Shown: positions 1-12,729, counted from the whole stretch's first letter. The stretch is DNA of 62,895 nt, filler included, from Choristocarpus tenellus KU-1152 (GCA_964200185.2; 10 parts of 10 records of this genome joined end to end with filler, not necessarily neighbours in it); one strand, 5' to 3'. Made by a program: numbers and translations. Notes: a model not told the origin generated them from the sequence alone.

Positions 1-11
1 CCTGGTCAGGG

Positions 12-70
12 CCCAAATGGACACCCTGGTGTAGACACCCCCCCCCCCCCCCCCCCCAGATACCTGAAGC
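12..70. mobile_element. Truncated right arm of G/C-tract MITE (family B)
   Basis: CCCAAATGGACACCCTGGTGTAGAC-(C)n-CAGATAC matches the right arm of the complete copy at 24914-25110. Confidence 0.75.
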
Positions 71-240
71 CTTTGGTCTGTAGTGCATACTAAGCACAAC
101 AGTGAGATAGATGCAAGCCCCTCTCCTGGTGATTGGGTACTGAGAGAGTTGTACTTGTGCTCTATAACTTGAAGTGCTACTATATAATCAACACACACAC
201 ACGCCTGAGAGGACACATTAGTAGAAATCCTCTGTGAAAT

Positions 241-524
241 GAGTCAAAAACCTTTAAGAGGGGTAGGGCCAGCGTCCATTCGGGATTACGAATCCAACGT
301 TGCGATTTGCGTTTATTCAGTTTGGCTATCTTGCCCTTTTCATACAGTTTGGCTATAAAAATACTGTTCACAAGTGTCAATGCCCTTTCTCCGGACACAC
401 ACACATTTTCATAGTCCTATACATTTTAGATATGAAAAGGTAAAAAAAAAAAAGGTAAAAAAAAAATCCCTCAACGGACACATAAACAGGGCGAAACTCC
501 TACCCTCTCAAATTCTTTTAGTTG
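241..524 (-). mobile_element. Degenerate copy of MITE family A
   Basis: Starts GAGTCAAAAACCTTTAAGAGGGGTAGG; interior motifs GCGTCCATT, GTTGCGATTT, TCCGGACACAC and AAACAGGGC; ends TACCCTCTCAAATTCTTT. Colinear with the copies at 29503 and 62209. Confidence 0.7.
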
Positions 525-1357
525 ATGTGTCTCACGTAAGTACATTATTTTATTACATTATTTTATTACATTATTTTATTTTAGGAGCTATGACACGCTC
601 GCTCTCTTGCCATCCATCAACCCTGCGCTCCAACGTACTTCGATTCCCCCTGTTCTGCATCAGTTCAAACATTTTCGGGACGGTTAACTTCTAGAAAAAC
701 CCCAAGAGCCAAAGTAAATATTTGTCCGCATTGATTGACACGTGTATGTACTGAAGTGCTCTGGAGTATGTATGCTATACCAAGAATATCTCTGTCTAGT
801 TCAGAAGATATGGCACTAAAACACCCCACAGACAACAAGGCATTGATATTGTGTTTCAGACCCGATTAAACATACTTCATTGGATATAATGCTTTCTCAT
901 CCGTTCCTATTCCTTCTTCCTTGCTATTGTACTCTTCCATTGCAGTCAGTCGTGAATGCCAAACATGTACATCAATTTCAATTCCTCCTAGCATTTTTGT
1001 GCAACGTTGAGGCTCCTCACATCTGCAGGGTCTCACACGGAAGAAAAATCCACAGCACAGTCCAGCCAGAGGGAGCGATTCATGGTAAACGCTCCCTTGC
1101 ATATTGTGTGCTAAAATACTCCCTCATGAAAGACAGTCCCAAGACAACTTTACGCCAGCGAGACTTTCCTTTTGAGAACAGGTAGATTTGGTGCTATGAT
1201 AGGGAGGCTGCTTTTCATTGCAATTTTGTAATGTCTGAATACAATATCCAGGGTCGATACGCATCTCACGGGATGGAGAACCGTCAAAATCATGCATTTA
1301 GGAGCATGTGACAAGTCACATGATCTTTACTCGAACATCATCCTACCCAAACTGACC

Positions 1358-1785
1358 TTATCGTTTGACGTCGTTGTTGAACAGTAAATACCAAGGATGC
1401 AACACAACCTGCCTCCACTTTTCCGATGCTGGGTCATTGGAAGAGAAAACTGAAGAAGACCCACTCGAGAAGCACGATACGACGTTCCTATATTTCCTTA
1501 TCATTTGCGCTTGCCATACCTTGATGGGGCAGCACCGTCGACCCATCTCCCTGTTCAGGTTTGGGTACATTCGCTGCTGATGAAGTAGTCTCATTTTCCC
1601 ACGTCTCCCAAATGATTTCATTCTTGTCATCAGTCTGCTGATCCACCTCTCCCCCATGTTCGAGTGGAGTCTGAGATTCGATGCTCCTCACCAAATTTGA
1701 ATCACCTTGTGAAGGCACATGCCAAAGGCGGTTTGTAAATGGAGCAAATGACATTCTGGACCGCCTTAGCAAGATATCCTCTCGT
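1358..1785 (-). CDS. Possible exons of an unidentified protein
   Basis: Open frame ...RRSRMSFAPFTNRLWHVPSQGD...STVLPHQ ends at a G|GTATGG donor. A phase-compatible CCCAG acceptor near 1430 gives ASEKWRQVVLHPWYLLFNNDVKR-stop. No recognisable domain. Confidence 0.3.
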
Positions 1786-2833
1786 AGGATTGACGGTAGT
1801 TACGGGGATTTGTGCTTCAGTTTTGGCATTCTTTCTCTTGAACTGTGTGTGTTGACGTGTTGAGAGGGGTTTGGAGGAAATTGAACTTGGAACGTTGGAA
1901 TCAGTAAAGATTTGAGTGGGGGGTTTCAGGTTTAAGGTCGAGGGCGCAAAGATCGAAGATCGGGAGTTGGAGATCGAAAATATTCGATTTAAATATATAT
2001 CTCATATATTTATTTCAGGACAAAACAACAGCAAATATTCTCTTCATATTCTTACATACTATTATTATAAAACATAATTGTGAACGCCTCCACCATAAAT
2101 CAAGACCTCATCTCATGTATCCCTGACATCTCGGTCGGGTATTTGCTTCAACGACCTGGCTCCAAGGTAGTGGGTTCTTTGCCTGTTGTAGTAGATTGTG
2201 GAATATGTAATCAGATCGGGGGAGGGGGAATGCAGGTTCTGTGTATGGACCTACTCAGGAGTACCAACTCCAACCTCTATTTTGTGGTTGATCTCTCTGG
2301 ACTTGCATTATTGTGTCTTACAGTATTGGACACTATCCACCCTAGAAATTTTGCGGATAGGGCAACCGGCGCAGATGTAGTGCTTTATCCTCGCCAGCTG
2401 AATGCAATATGCTCTTTTCGGACTTCATTCAATCTGCACCAACATGCAAGCATTGCCAGCTTGGGGTCCCTGTTGTTCAAGGGGCGATCTGGAATGCTAG
2501 AGAAGAGGAATGCTGACTATCTCCTTTCTTCTGGTGGCGAAGCTCTTTAAATGAATATACTGAAGCCTGCAAGCCCCCTCCTCTGCTGCACCCCCCACAG
2601 TAGCTTCATCGCCTGACAAAGGGTCAGCTAGGGTTAGACTTACCATGGAAGAAACAATAAAGGAGGCGTGTGGTCTGGCAGGCGAGGCATGTGAAGCCGC
2701 TGAGGGGGAGCCCGGAATCGAATCTGGAGCAGAGGGAAACTTTTTTGAATCCGTAAAAACAAGTCTACCAGGGCTAGGTGGGTTGATTAAGCTTACGCAG
2801 GACAACATTTAGAGGGGGAATACATCCTAGGCT

Positions 2834-4806
2834 ATGACTATCATGTGTTGGTGAGTGTTGAGTCTTAAGTACGTCGAAGAATCGATGGTCGGAATGCCCA
2901 TGATTGGGCTAATGTATGGTGAAGTAAGATGCGACGTTTATTGTCCTGCTGATAATATAGCAGCCGTCGTTCTCCATCTATTGCCTCCTACCCAACGTCC
3001 TATTTGCTGCTACCACCGATGCATCTTTTCGTATTAACCGAGGTCAGACGTGTTCGATCCGAGCGTGTTCGATATTCGAATGGTGATCGGCGCGTTGGCG
3101 TTGGTCGGTTTGGCAGCCTACATCGTCTACCGGGTCTTTGTGAAGAAGTGAGTACTGACCATGTACTATCCTGCCATAACTATTTTGATTGTTATTTTTT
3201 TCTGGGTGTTACACCCTTAGGGTTAGGGTTAGGGTTAGGGTTAGGGTTAGGGTTACTATCAAAGGCAGAAGAAATATATTGAGCTTATGTGTCATTTGTC
3301 CTTCCTCCCTACCCCGATATGCTTATGTATGCACAAAAATATCTGTACATGCGTTCACAGTCTTGCCACTATAATTTGCAAGGTGCCAAGTGAAGTAACA
3401 CTGTTTTGTTCTGTTCCACCAAAGCCCTGACTGCTAACATTGGATTCCAAGTGCATGTAGCAAAATATTTCTTAATTTTCGTGAGGGGGAGGCCATGCCT
3501 TTGGTTAACAATACGTCAATATCATCTCTCTTTCAGGTTTTGGATACGTATTTTTTGGTTTGGTTGTTTCTTGGCTTTTGCGCGCTACTTCAACTTGAAG
3601 TTATGGTTTGATTGACTTTTTGACCCCCTCCTTGATATCCTTGCCATGATTTTCTTCTTTAACGCTAGATTGCAGAGTGTTCTACCTCGACATCTTACAC
3701 AAAGACACAAAAGGCGACATCTTACAGTTACGAAAATCGCAAATACGGGCATTAGGTGCCATTTTTTATTACCTACGTGGGGGCTAATTTGTGTTCCGAG
3801 TTTTGATTTGACGTCACGGAGCAAGTACCTACACATGGATATAGTGGTTGCCGCATCTGAATTGTTCAAAACTTAAAAATGTTCTCATTTTGATGGATAT
3901 CAATACGTCGTAAGAGGTATTGTGCCTACAGGAAATGAAAATATTTTTTTGTACAAAAAACGTATGTTTGAATCTTGCCCTGTGTGTAGCTCTATGGTGT
4001 ACATCTACGAAAAATTGAAAATTCAGCTCTTGAATGACAGGTTTGGATATGGCCAACTGTTTTACCCATATATAATACTTGCTTTGAGATGCCAAGTGGA
4101 AAATCAGAACACAAATCGGTAACATCAGGTCTGAGAAACACATTTCTTAATGCCGGTATTTTCCATTTTTATGGAGATTAGGGTCAGGGTTGGGGTTAGA
4201 TACACTTACACACATGTGAGGAAGATTCATCCTGACCTTCATGGTGTGGAAAACTTGATACTCAGTTCGAAAAATAAATCACAGCGACAAATCGACTACT
4301 TTTTTCTCATGTTTTTCCTGGTTCAAAATAAAGAAACAGTACCAAGGATCCCATGGTATACTACTCTGCACTTACACTATTTTTTTTACTGCAAAAACAA
4401 AAACCATGAACACTTTGCTCTTCTTTTTTTTTGTTACTGTACCCTATTTCGGATTATACCTATATTTGTCACACCTAAACTGTACTGCTTACTTGACCTT
4501 CCCCCAGTTTCTCTTTCTTCTATTCTCTGTTGCCACGTCCCTGTTTTGTTGGTGATGACACGGTGTTGTACGAGATCCTTCCACTTCTTTCCACTTACGT
4601 CATTTTGTGTTGCGATTGCGTATCTCTTTCGATTGTTTTTTTTATTTCTTCTTGTTTTTAATTATTCTCATTACTGTCATCATTTTTCTTTCCAGGGTGG
4701 TGGGGGAGGACGATTTCTTTACTGACCTGGGCATCAGCTACAAGGACTTCGACATGCCGGATGAGGTGGATGATTACTATGAAACCAAGGAGGAAACAAA
4801 TGACAG
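2834..4806 (+). CDS. Single-pass membrane protein of unknown function (3' end missing)
   Basis: Exons 2834-2850, 3043-3147 and 4696-4806 join in phase: MTIMCW-SDVFDPSVFDIRMVIGALALVGLAAYIVYRVFVKK-VVGEDDFFTDLGISYKDFDMPDEVDDYYETKEETNDR. Clear hydrophobic helix, GTGAGT donors and a long pyrimidine tract before 4696. The first exon is uncertain. Confidence 0.55.
3217..3255 (+). repeat. Interstitial telomeric repeat (TTAGGG)6
   Basis: Six perfect TTAGGG units plus TTA, inside a predicted intron. Confidence 0.95.
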
Positions 4807-5097
4807 GTGCACAGGTTGTGACAAAAGGTTTGATCGATTTGGTTTTATTTTTTGTGAGTGCTTTTTTTGTGTATGTCCTCCCTCCCCCCCCCCCCCCCCC
4901 CCCCCCCCCCCCACCCACGGTACACCCCACAACCCCCCCCATATCTTTTTTTTTTTTNNNNNNNNNNTGTATGTCCTCCCTCCCACCCCCCCCCCCCCCC
5001 ACTCCCCTAAACATGGGTACATCAATCAATCACCAGATTGATTTTTTTTAATTTTTCAATAAGAACTTTTTTTTTCTTTCTAATTTTTCACTCTTGG

Positions 5098-5127
5098 TTA
5101 GGGTTAGGGTTAGGGTTAGGGTTAGGG
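5098..5127 (+). repeat. Interstitial telomeric repeat (TTAGGG)5
   Basis: Five perfect units read directly. Confidence 0.95.
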
Positions 5128-5444
5128 TATTATCTTGGAAACATGCAGCCGGCACTGTAATGTCCTCGTGATGTTTCCCAGGGGTCGACATAAGGTACAA
5201 GATCAGAACTATTTAATTGATACATTTATTTGTGTGCGTGCGTGTGTGTATGTTGGAATTAAGGTTACAACTTTGGCACAAAATTTCCCCCAAAACTATT
5301 AAATATAGCCTTTTGCGCTAGTTGTTCCTAGGGTGTGGGAGTTGTCATGCCTCCAAAAGCCTTAGCCTTAATTAAGTATAGTCCTAACCCCCCCTCCCCC
5401 CCCCCCCGCCCCACCCTACCCCCTTGTAATTGCTCATTCACCCT

Positions 5445-5544
5445 NNNNNNNNNNNNNNNNNNNNNNNNNNNNNNNNNNNNNNNNNNNNTTAATTAATTAA
5501 NNNNNNNNNNNNNNNNNNNNNNNNNNNNNNNNNNNNNNNNNNNN
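5445..5544. other. Artificial contig spacer (44 N + TTAATTAATTAA + 44 N)
   Basis: The identical spacer recurs at 11499-11598, 16503-16602, 20164-20263, 27539-27638, 30749-30848, 34954-35053, 47100-47199 and 50979-51078. The 12-mer carries stops in all six frames. Confidence 0.97.
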
Positions 5545-5587
5545 CCAAATGGACAGCCGCCACCCCCCCTCAAATACTTTGGGTCGG
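5545..5587. mobile_element. Truncated MITE family B arm at contig start
   Basis: CCAAATGGACAGCCGCCAC(C)n-TCAAATACTTTGGGTCGG. Confidence 0.7.
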
Positions 5588-6311
5588 TACATGTCCGAGC
5601 ACAAGCATATTTAATGAAGTACATGCACAACGCACTTGCACACATTTGTGTGGTGAGTCCATCACGAGTGAGCAAAGTGTAAGTTGACGACTACATCCTC
5701 CTATAAGACCAACAGACCCAACAACAATTGAAGACACTTATTTTTGTCAAATATTGCTGTGATATTATGTATATTGCATCTGCCTATACTGCGCATCACC
5801 AACCCTTTTTCAAACATACAAACTCTTGCTCTTGTTCTTGCTATAGGCTGTGGAGAGGTTTCTGCTTTATACGTAAGAGTACAAATGTAGGAAAGCACCT
5901 GAAGAGTAGGCGAATGTTTGGTCTTCAACAACAAGTGGTGAGTCTCTGGCCAAGATCTGCAAACTGTCTTTTTTTGTCCTCACATTACCAGAGCTGAACC
6001 CTTGCAACTGGTTGGTGCACCTTAAGGGCGTAGCAATAGTAGTAAACCATTGTGAAGCACGTTTTGAAGTGTGGAGGTGGACAACCTGCAATAGGATAGA
6101 GCTTCGAGCTAGAAAGTAATTGGAAAAGTTCTGAGAGTTCCCTTAATTTTCTGTCATATTCGCAATCATCAATCACAATAGGTATTGGAGGAACATAGAG
6201 TAATCCTCGCCTCAAATGCTCTCAAAACGTATACAGTTACATAGGGACCTTTCAAACTGCAATTTACCTGTTTGTCATTATCTCCAGATAGTACTGATGT
6301 ACTGGACTCAC

Positions 6312-9300
6312 ATGTAATTAAAGTCACAAGGATCTCCACTAGAAATACTCCACTTTGAACTGGGACAGCAAAAATAGGGGCAAACAACGTGGTGACAGAT
6401 GAGGGGAGGACGAGGTTGAAGAGGAACCCTATCAACGGAAGTTTTAGGGATAAAGCACCAAGCTCGCAGGGTGTTGTGCAAAAGCAACCGCTGAGGCAAA
6501 GGGTGAAATAGAGCCAGCATATTACCCTCTACAAAGTGAGGTTAGCATTTTCGAATAGGACCTGAAAGGGTAAGGGTCGGAGTGTGCAACAGCAACGTTA
6601 CTTGGAACACTCCTAGCACACATTTTGAAATCTTGACTTTTTGGAGAAAAGATTCCTACAGCAGTTTACAACACTCCTAGCCGATTGTCTGACTTCGGTA
6701 TGACTAGACATAACACAAGAACATGACTCCCTCAAGTTCTTTGACATTGCGATTTGCAGAGTGAAAATATAGCCTAGTATAGAGCCGATGCAAGTACTAT
6801 ATTGAACATTTTTTCCCATAAAGAGCAGGCTGTCTCATGAACAATAAAACCTTTACTGTCTTGGTACTGTTCTCAATACTGTACTAGGAACTTAGAGTAG
6901 TGTAAATCAATGCCGTAAACCTACCCAATGCTGCAAAACTTCACTAACCACACCCACAAATATAACCAGGTTGGACAACAACGGAATTGGTCATAAAAAT
7001 AAGTAATTCATACCTACAAGAACCTTCCCAAGGATCAATCTTACCCTCCTCTATTATTGCATTCTGAGTTCAGGCGAGAGTACAGAGGCCACATTCCTCC
7101 CCCAAGAAACAACTTACATTATTCAACCCTCCTGTGCTGCACTCACGTATCAATCATGCTGAAGTCATCCTCAAAAGTTAGAATACCATCAGATACGTAG
7201 TTGAACCGTTCCACAGGTGTGTAAGGGGGAGGCATATACTCTTGATGGAGTTGTGTCTGGTACACCCTCACATAGTCCACCTAGCCGTATTATTACGAAT
7301 ATCAAAATGGTTGCTTGTTGATTGACTTGTTGATTGAGTGGATTGTAGTAGAACGAAGATGCGCATCTTCAGAGACCGTAGATCATAATGTGACCTCTGT
7401 GAAGGAATCTATCAAAATATACTCCCAAATAGTATGGACGAACAGATTGCAGAAAAGCGTAGGGAACCTGCTATGAATGAATATATAGATGATGCATTAA
7501 CTGCTTTAAAGGGATGGGATAAAGCGGCGGTTGTGATATATATGCACTCTCCTCGTTTGACAAATTGTAGCGACCTAAAAGTAGAAATTACCACGGGTAG
7601 ACACTTCTATCCTAGGAATATCCTGATCCTTGGCAAGAGTTCCTAACACACTACAGTACTCCCCATTCCAACGACTGAAACAAACTCTTGCAATATATGC
7701 CTTACTTCGTGCCCTGCTTCTCGTGCATCGGGTTCAGCCATCCCACTGCTCGTTACCCTACATGTTCCTTCGAATAATGAGCTCAGCCTAGTATGACAAT
7801 TTTGTGGTCTTGCTACAGTTCCTACTCTAGAACAGTGGAGGTGTACCATCCATACTGGTTGCCACATGATGTTTGGGAAATTTAACGCCAATAGGGTTTT
7901 AACTCACGAATTTGATGCAGGAAACAACCTCCTTTATTACAATAGTACCTTATGGTAGTCTCAATGGCTTGGCCCCAACAATAGTAATCTTTTCACACTG
8001 CACCAAGATATCCACATACATTTTGCAGGTGTTTGCCTTAGCTTGAACCCGATGCCACACACAAAGCATGTTGATATCCCTTGGGAATATTTTACGTAGT
8101 CAATATTCGGTATCCTCAGCAAACGAATGCTCATTATCAATCTGGCCCTGCTTGCCCCTCTGTTAGCAAATGCCCCCCCAAAAATCTCAGGAAATAATCC
8201 CAACAAAAATATTTTACAATCTACTTCCTGCCACTTGAAATTGACGTAAGGGTATCAGCCAAGGTCTATGCAGGTCCTTGGTAGAAGGAATCTCCTTCAT
8301 AGAATCTCCAACAGACGGAAAATGTAAATAGTGGGAGCTGTAGGATCTACACTCTAATCTATGGAACCAGAGGGACCAAGGCGGGAGTGTGGTCTAGTCG
8401 CAATAGCAAATAAGCAAAACAGAGCGTAGGGCCAATTCAACTTCAACTATATAATACAGCATGAAAACAAAAATGTACTTCAAATAAAACCACTAAATTT
8501 CGCCTCATCTCGAAAACAGGATGTACATACAAATTACATACATGCAGGGCACAACAATCGCAGACCTTCAACATGTCCGTGGAGTATCTAGAAAGCATTC
8601 TTGGTGCAGCATATTTGAAGGTGCGGAGTGTACTGGATCTATATCATCAATGTTAGTATTGACAGTAACTGACGTTTATTACGTTGACAGTAGTAACACC
8701 TGTTAACAAGGTTCAACAAATACCAAAAGGTAGGACAGGTATAAAATAATGTACACGACCACATCAAAGACCAAACATGTTACATCACTGGGTTAGAAAT
8801 TGTCCAAAGCATATTTTGGCCTCACCCTCAGCGTGGCTGGCAACTTTGAGTCGTCCACTTCCAAGTATTTTGTATAAGCGGTTGAAGTGCTGCCTACAGC
8901 CAGGTTGAGAATGATGTAAAATGGGGCGTTGAACGGGGGTTTTCCCTTGAAGGGGCTCCCAAACAGTTTCTCAGTTTCTGAGTACCACGCAGTCTTGGTG
9001 CAATAATGTTCATCGTCAACATACCACCTATGGTAGAGATTTTAGCAGGTGGTGAGGGGCAATAAGGAGGGTGGCAGCGAAAGGGGTTGATAGGTAAGCA
9101 GCATATACACAGTCAGTCCTCGTATTCTGAATATCTAGTGAATTGTTAACAGATAAGAGTCACTTTTGAAAAAGCAGGCAGTGCTGGTCAAAATCCCCGA
9201 TGTGTCTGAAAACATTTCAGTGCATTTCCCAGTTGATACTTGGTCTGTAACAATTGTTTGGTGTATGATATATGGGGAGTCTACACGGAGAACACACTCG

Positions 9301-10661
9301 AGGGTCTATATTAAAAGGACTATGCCTAAGATGTAGGGTCGGTATGCAGGGGCGGACAAAGTTGTTGATTGTCTTTGATGACATGAATCCAGAACTGATT
9401 ATACATAGCACTGACCGAAACTCGTTCTCATCCCACTCCACAGCATACACATGATATTCTTCGGCAAACCCTTTGCCTGTGCCCACTGTATAACAATTCC
9501 CTGCACTGCCATCAGCTGGGTAAATGTTGGAGTTGCTATGGTTCGGCCAAGATCCTCCAAAGTGCAGAGTTCCCTGTTGTTGATGTTGCAAAGTCAATGG
9601 AAAAATGCATGAAAAATTCGACGAGAAGCTTGAGCACATATGTCACAGCATTCTCTGGCAATAGAGCACTGCTCTCTCATTAAGTCAAATCTGGAATTGT
9701 AGGCATGACCCAGTCAGCTTTGGCATGTGGAAATGATGAATGCAGCCATTGCTGCTGGGGCAGTTAACTCTGGCTCTTCTCACTGTTCTACCCCAAAACT
9801 ACTTCTCAACACTTGTATCAAAATGAACGGAATAAGGCCTAGAGACTACTGATGATATGACAATCCCTTTCGTTTGCATCACAATGACAGCCTTTACACA
9901 ACAGACATGCTAAACTACTTCAAATAGTAGTATTTTAACTGGGAGAAATGGCACCTACCTCAAAGCATTAAATTTTGAGTTTGACTTCAGTCAAGTGTAG
10001 GAACAGGAATCAAGTCGGGTCTACATCACATTTTTCGCGTTCCAACTTGTAGCAAGTTCCCATACCTGAACAGTGTTCATCTGATTGTATCCCTCCATTA
10101 TATCAATTTCGCCACCACTAGCCCAGATACCATCAAAGTTGCTCGGGAGCATCCAGAACGCCTGAAGCCCCAATACACACGGAGGTCGACGTAAGTGCAA
10201 GAAGAAAGGGGGGGCATTTCCTGAACAGATAGACTAAAGGAATATTCTTGACTTGAAAGGTTTCAACTTCCCATTCATCTGGGTCGGGAAATGACCTGAC
10301 CACCTCAGACACTTATGATGAAACCAAAGTATGCATAAAGCAGCGGAATTGAGTGATCAACATACATAGGCAGAGTGCAGAGAGGAGGTGTTGCAAGACA
10401 TGCAGCACAATCATCAATGCGTTGAGCAATCAGAGAATGTGACAAGAGCTGGCGAAAGAGAACATATTTTTTTGAAGTGGTAGACAAAGGCCGATGTGCA
10501 AACGAGAGCAGAAGTAATAAACATGTGCAAGCGTCTGAGGTATTGTGTAGCGCAAGAGTGTTTGTCACTTACCGGCCACAGTGCATCACCCTTGGGCAGC
10601 CTAATCCGGGCCTCGATTCGCCCATAGGTAAAGTTGAAATGATCTTTTGAAACTATCTTAC
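6312..10661 (-). CDS. Glycoside hydrolase family 16 (laminarinase / endo-1,3-beta-glucanase-like), 5' truncated, with start of a second GH16 module
   Basis: Phase-consistent exons: 10661-10573 (GKIVSKDHFNFTYGRIEARIRLPKGDALWP), 10161-10066 (AFWMLP...ASGGEIDIMEG, catalytic EIDIME), 9573-9416 (GTLHFGG...YHVYAVEWDENEFR), 9027-8826 (WYVDD...PFNAPFYIILNLAVG), 7280-7147 (VDYVRVYQ...ILTFEDDFSMIDT) and 6359-6312 (SKWSISSGDPCDFNY). Confidence 0.93.
7650..8210 (-). mobile_element. Possible highly decayed LINE ORF2 fragment in GH16 intron
   Basis: Frameshifted remnants weakly resemble the post-RT region of RTE-type LINEs (EIFGGAF ~ FxYLGG; LLFEGTCRV ~ LLFAGHVxR). By-eye similarity only. Confidence 0.3.
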
Positions 10662-11859
10662 CTTCAAGGCGGAAGCAGTGGTGGGATGTTTTCTAGCAGT
10701 GAGGGATGAATGTCAATATTTTATGTGCAGCAGGTACTTGATGGGTAGACCATTTGCCGAATAAAGCAACAGCAGACCGCTCTTCTACTCAGAGTACTTG
10801 TTACTAGTTTAGCACTAGAGCTGTGGAGTCATATATTTTGTAGTACTTTTCAGAGAACACACAAGAGACGAGCTCCAACGAGTCAGAGTGCACAATGGAC
10901 CCTATCACACTCCATCCAAAGGGCTTGAATATTGCCAAGTACTATGGACACATTGTTACAGGTATAGCATACTAGCCTTTTGCTGCTCAATGTTGCACAT
11001 GAAGTGAAGATGAGCTAGCTTGTTCCCATCAACTGCAGAGGAGATTTGGGAAAGAATATGCAATACACTTAAATATATGTTCATGATACTTGGCTGTGTG
11101 CTAACTAGAAATAGTGTGTGCTATTGGTGATAGAAATGATGAAAGATTAGTAAGTTCAAGAGACGCTGCATGTACTAGTATGTACTCTAGCATATTTGTT
11201 CTACTTGCTAGCATTAATTTTCAGTTGACATATTGCAAATGTCAAAGGGATGGAGAAATATGTGGAGCTTAGGAAGCAACTTCTCTTCCTCATCAATACA
11301 ACAGTGGTAAGTGAGTGCCCCCCCTCTACATTGTTACAATGCTTACAAGGGTTGCCATGGATTTACTCTTGTACCAACGCACAACAAGCATATCAATGGC
11401 CCATGTGAACCTTGTCATCCTCAACAAAAGGGGGCTCAAAGTATCTATGGGGGGGGGGGGGGGGGGGCCACACAGAAGGGAAGAGAACCCGGCTGACCNN
11501 NNNNNNNNNNNNNNNNNNNNNNNNNNNNNNNNNNNNNNNNNNTTAATTAATTAANNNNNNNNNNNNNNNNNNNNNNNNNNNNNNNNNNNNNNNNNNNNCC
11601 CCCTCCCCTTCCCCCCCCAATACAACCTCCACCTGTTACCCACATATGGCACTGTGCCCTGTGGTACCCCGTACTAGCCCTTAAAGGTCGGCAGTAGCCC
11701 ATTATCTTAAACATATGCTACGTAGTACAAGGATGGCAGTTGCAGGTGACACACAAGAGTACTTTATAAGATCATCACTCAACAACATTGTTCCAACATG
11801 CTGCAGTGGACAGGAGTGCCCCCCTGTCTTCAGGAGTCCCACTGCCGTACATCTTTGCC

Positions 11860-12102
11860 GTTTTCGCACACATTTCTTAAGACCTAACCCTAACCCTAAT
11901 CTTTGTGTATGTGTGAAAAATATCCCTAACCAGCAAAGGAAAAACATTTGAGAAGAAGTGGTGAACGAGTGTGGTTTGCACTGGGGAACCTCGACCTTTC
12001 AAGGATCCACCACTTCTATCTTTTTCACATTCTTTTTTTAAAATCTAACCCTAACCCTAATCTGTGTGTGAAAAATATCCCTATGCTTTGTCTGAAGAAG
12101 TG
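11860..12102. repeat. Imperfect direct-repeat pair, each copy containing a CCCTAA tract
   Basis: ~11860-11928 and ~12021-12083 share TTT..CACATT...CTAACCCTAACCCTAATCT..GTGTGAAAAATATCCCTA; both are followed by GAAGAAGTG. Confidence 0.8.
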
Positions 12103-12729
12103 AAAAAAAGTATGACAGTAGAGACTTCCAAAGACGTGGCCCTTCCCTCATGTACTTCAATATTCGTCTGAGTGTGTGTAAATTTGTTGACAAGTGTAAA
12201 CCCAGTCAAAAATGGAGTATCTCTGAGGGATAGTCACGTGGTCAGTGTGTGGTACCAGGTGCAAGGAAATGGAAGGATCCCTGAATGATGCGCTTGAGTG
12301 CGATAAATGATAGAAAAGAGATAATCTACGTCTCATCGTAATGTAGAAAGCACGGTGGGTGAAAATGCAAATTTCGCTCCATCCATAAACTGAAAGCAAT
12401 ACCTATATACGTTTGCTGACTTGGGACGTTTTTCAATAAGCACAGAAAAAAAGAAACAAAAAATAATTATAGCTCAGATGTGCAGCCGAGGAAAAGTCAG
12501 CACAATGCACTAGAATCTAATATTTGTTTGGCATAGGGTGTCAATAAATGCTGTATACACATCAAAATTCGATATGTCACACCCAGTCCATCTAATCCAA
12601 ACATCACACATCGCAGAAAAACACAAAATATTGAGTAGCACAAGAAAGAATGAAAGAGACAATGAGAAAAGCACCAACGAGTAGGTGGGAGCGGTGAGTA
12701 TGCCCTGATCTGGTTGGGCTGTGCTTTTG

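Noticed and set aside
2777-2800. Apparent 23-nt GT-AG intron joining a plus-strand frame (MEETIKEAC...) to GQHLEGEYILGYDYHVL
   Set aside because: Far shorter than other introns here, and the resulting phase does not lead into the transmembrane frame of the next exon.
3004-3374. ORFs with LGLGLG / RVRVRV repeats
   Set aside because: They are translations of the TTAGGG tract.
4607-5051. Poly-Pro and poly-Gly ORFs here and at 16194-16554, 24885-25127 and 47144-47359
   Set aside because: Produced by C/G homopolymers, low-quality contig ends and N runs; only 4696-4806 looks exonic.
5489-5500. TTAATTAATTAA palindrome recurring nine times as a possible regulatory or recombination site
   Set aside because: Always centred between exactly 44 N on each side; it is an assembly linker with six-frame stops.
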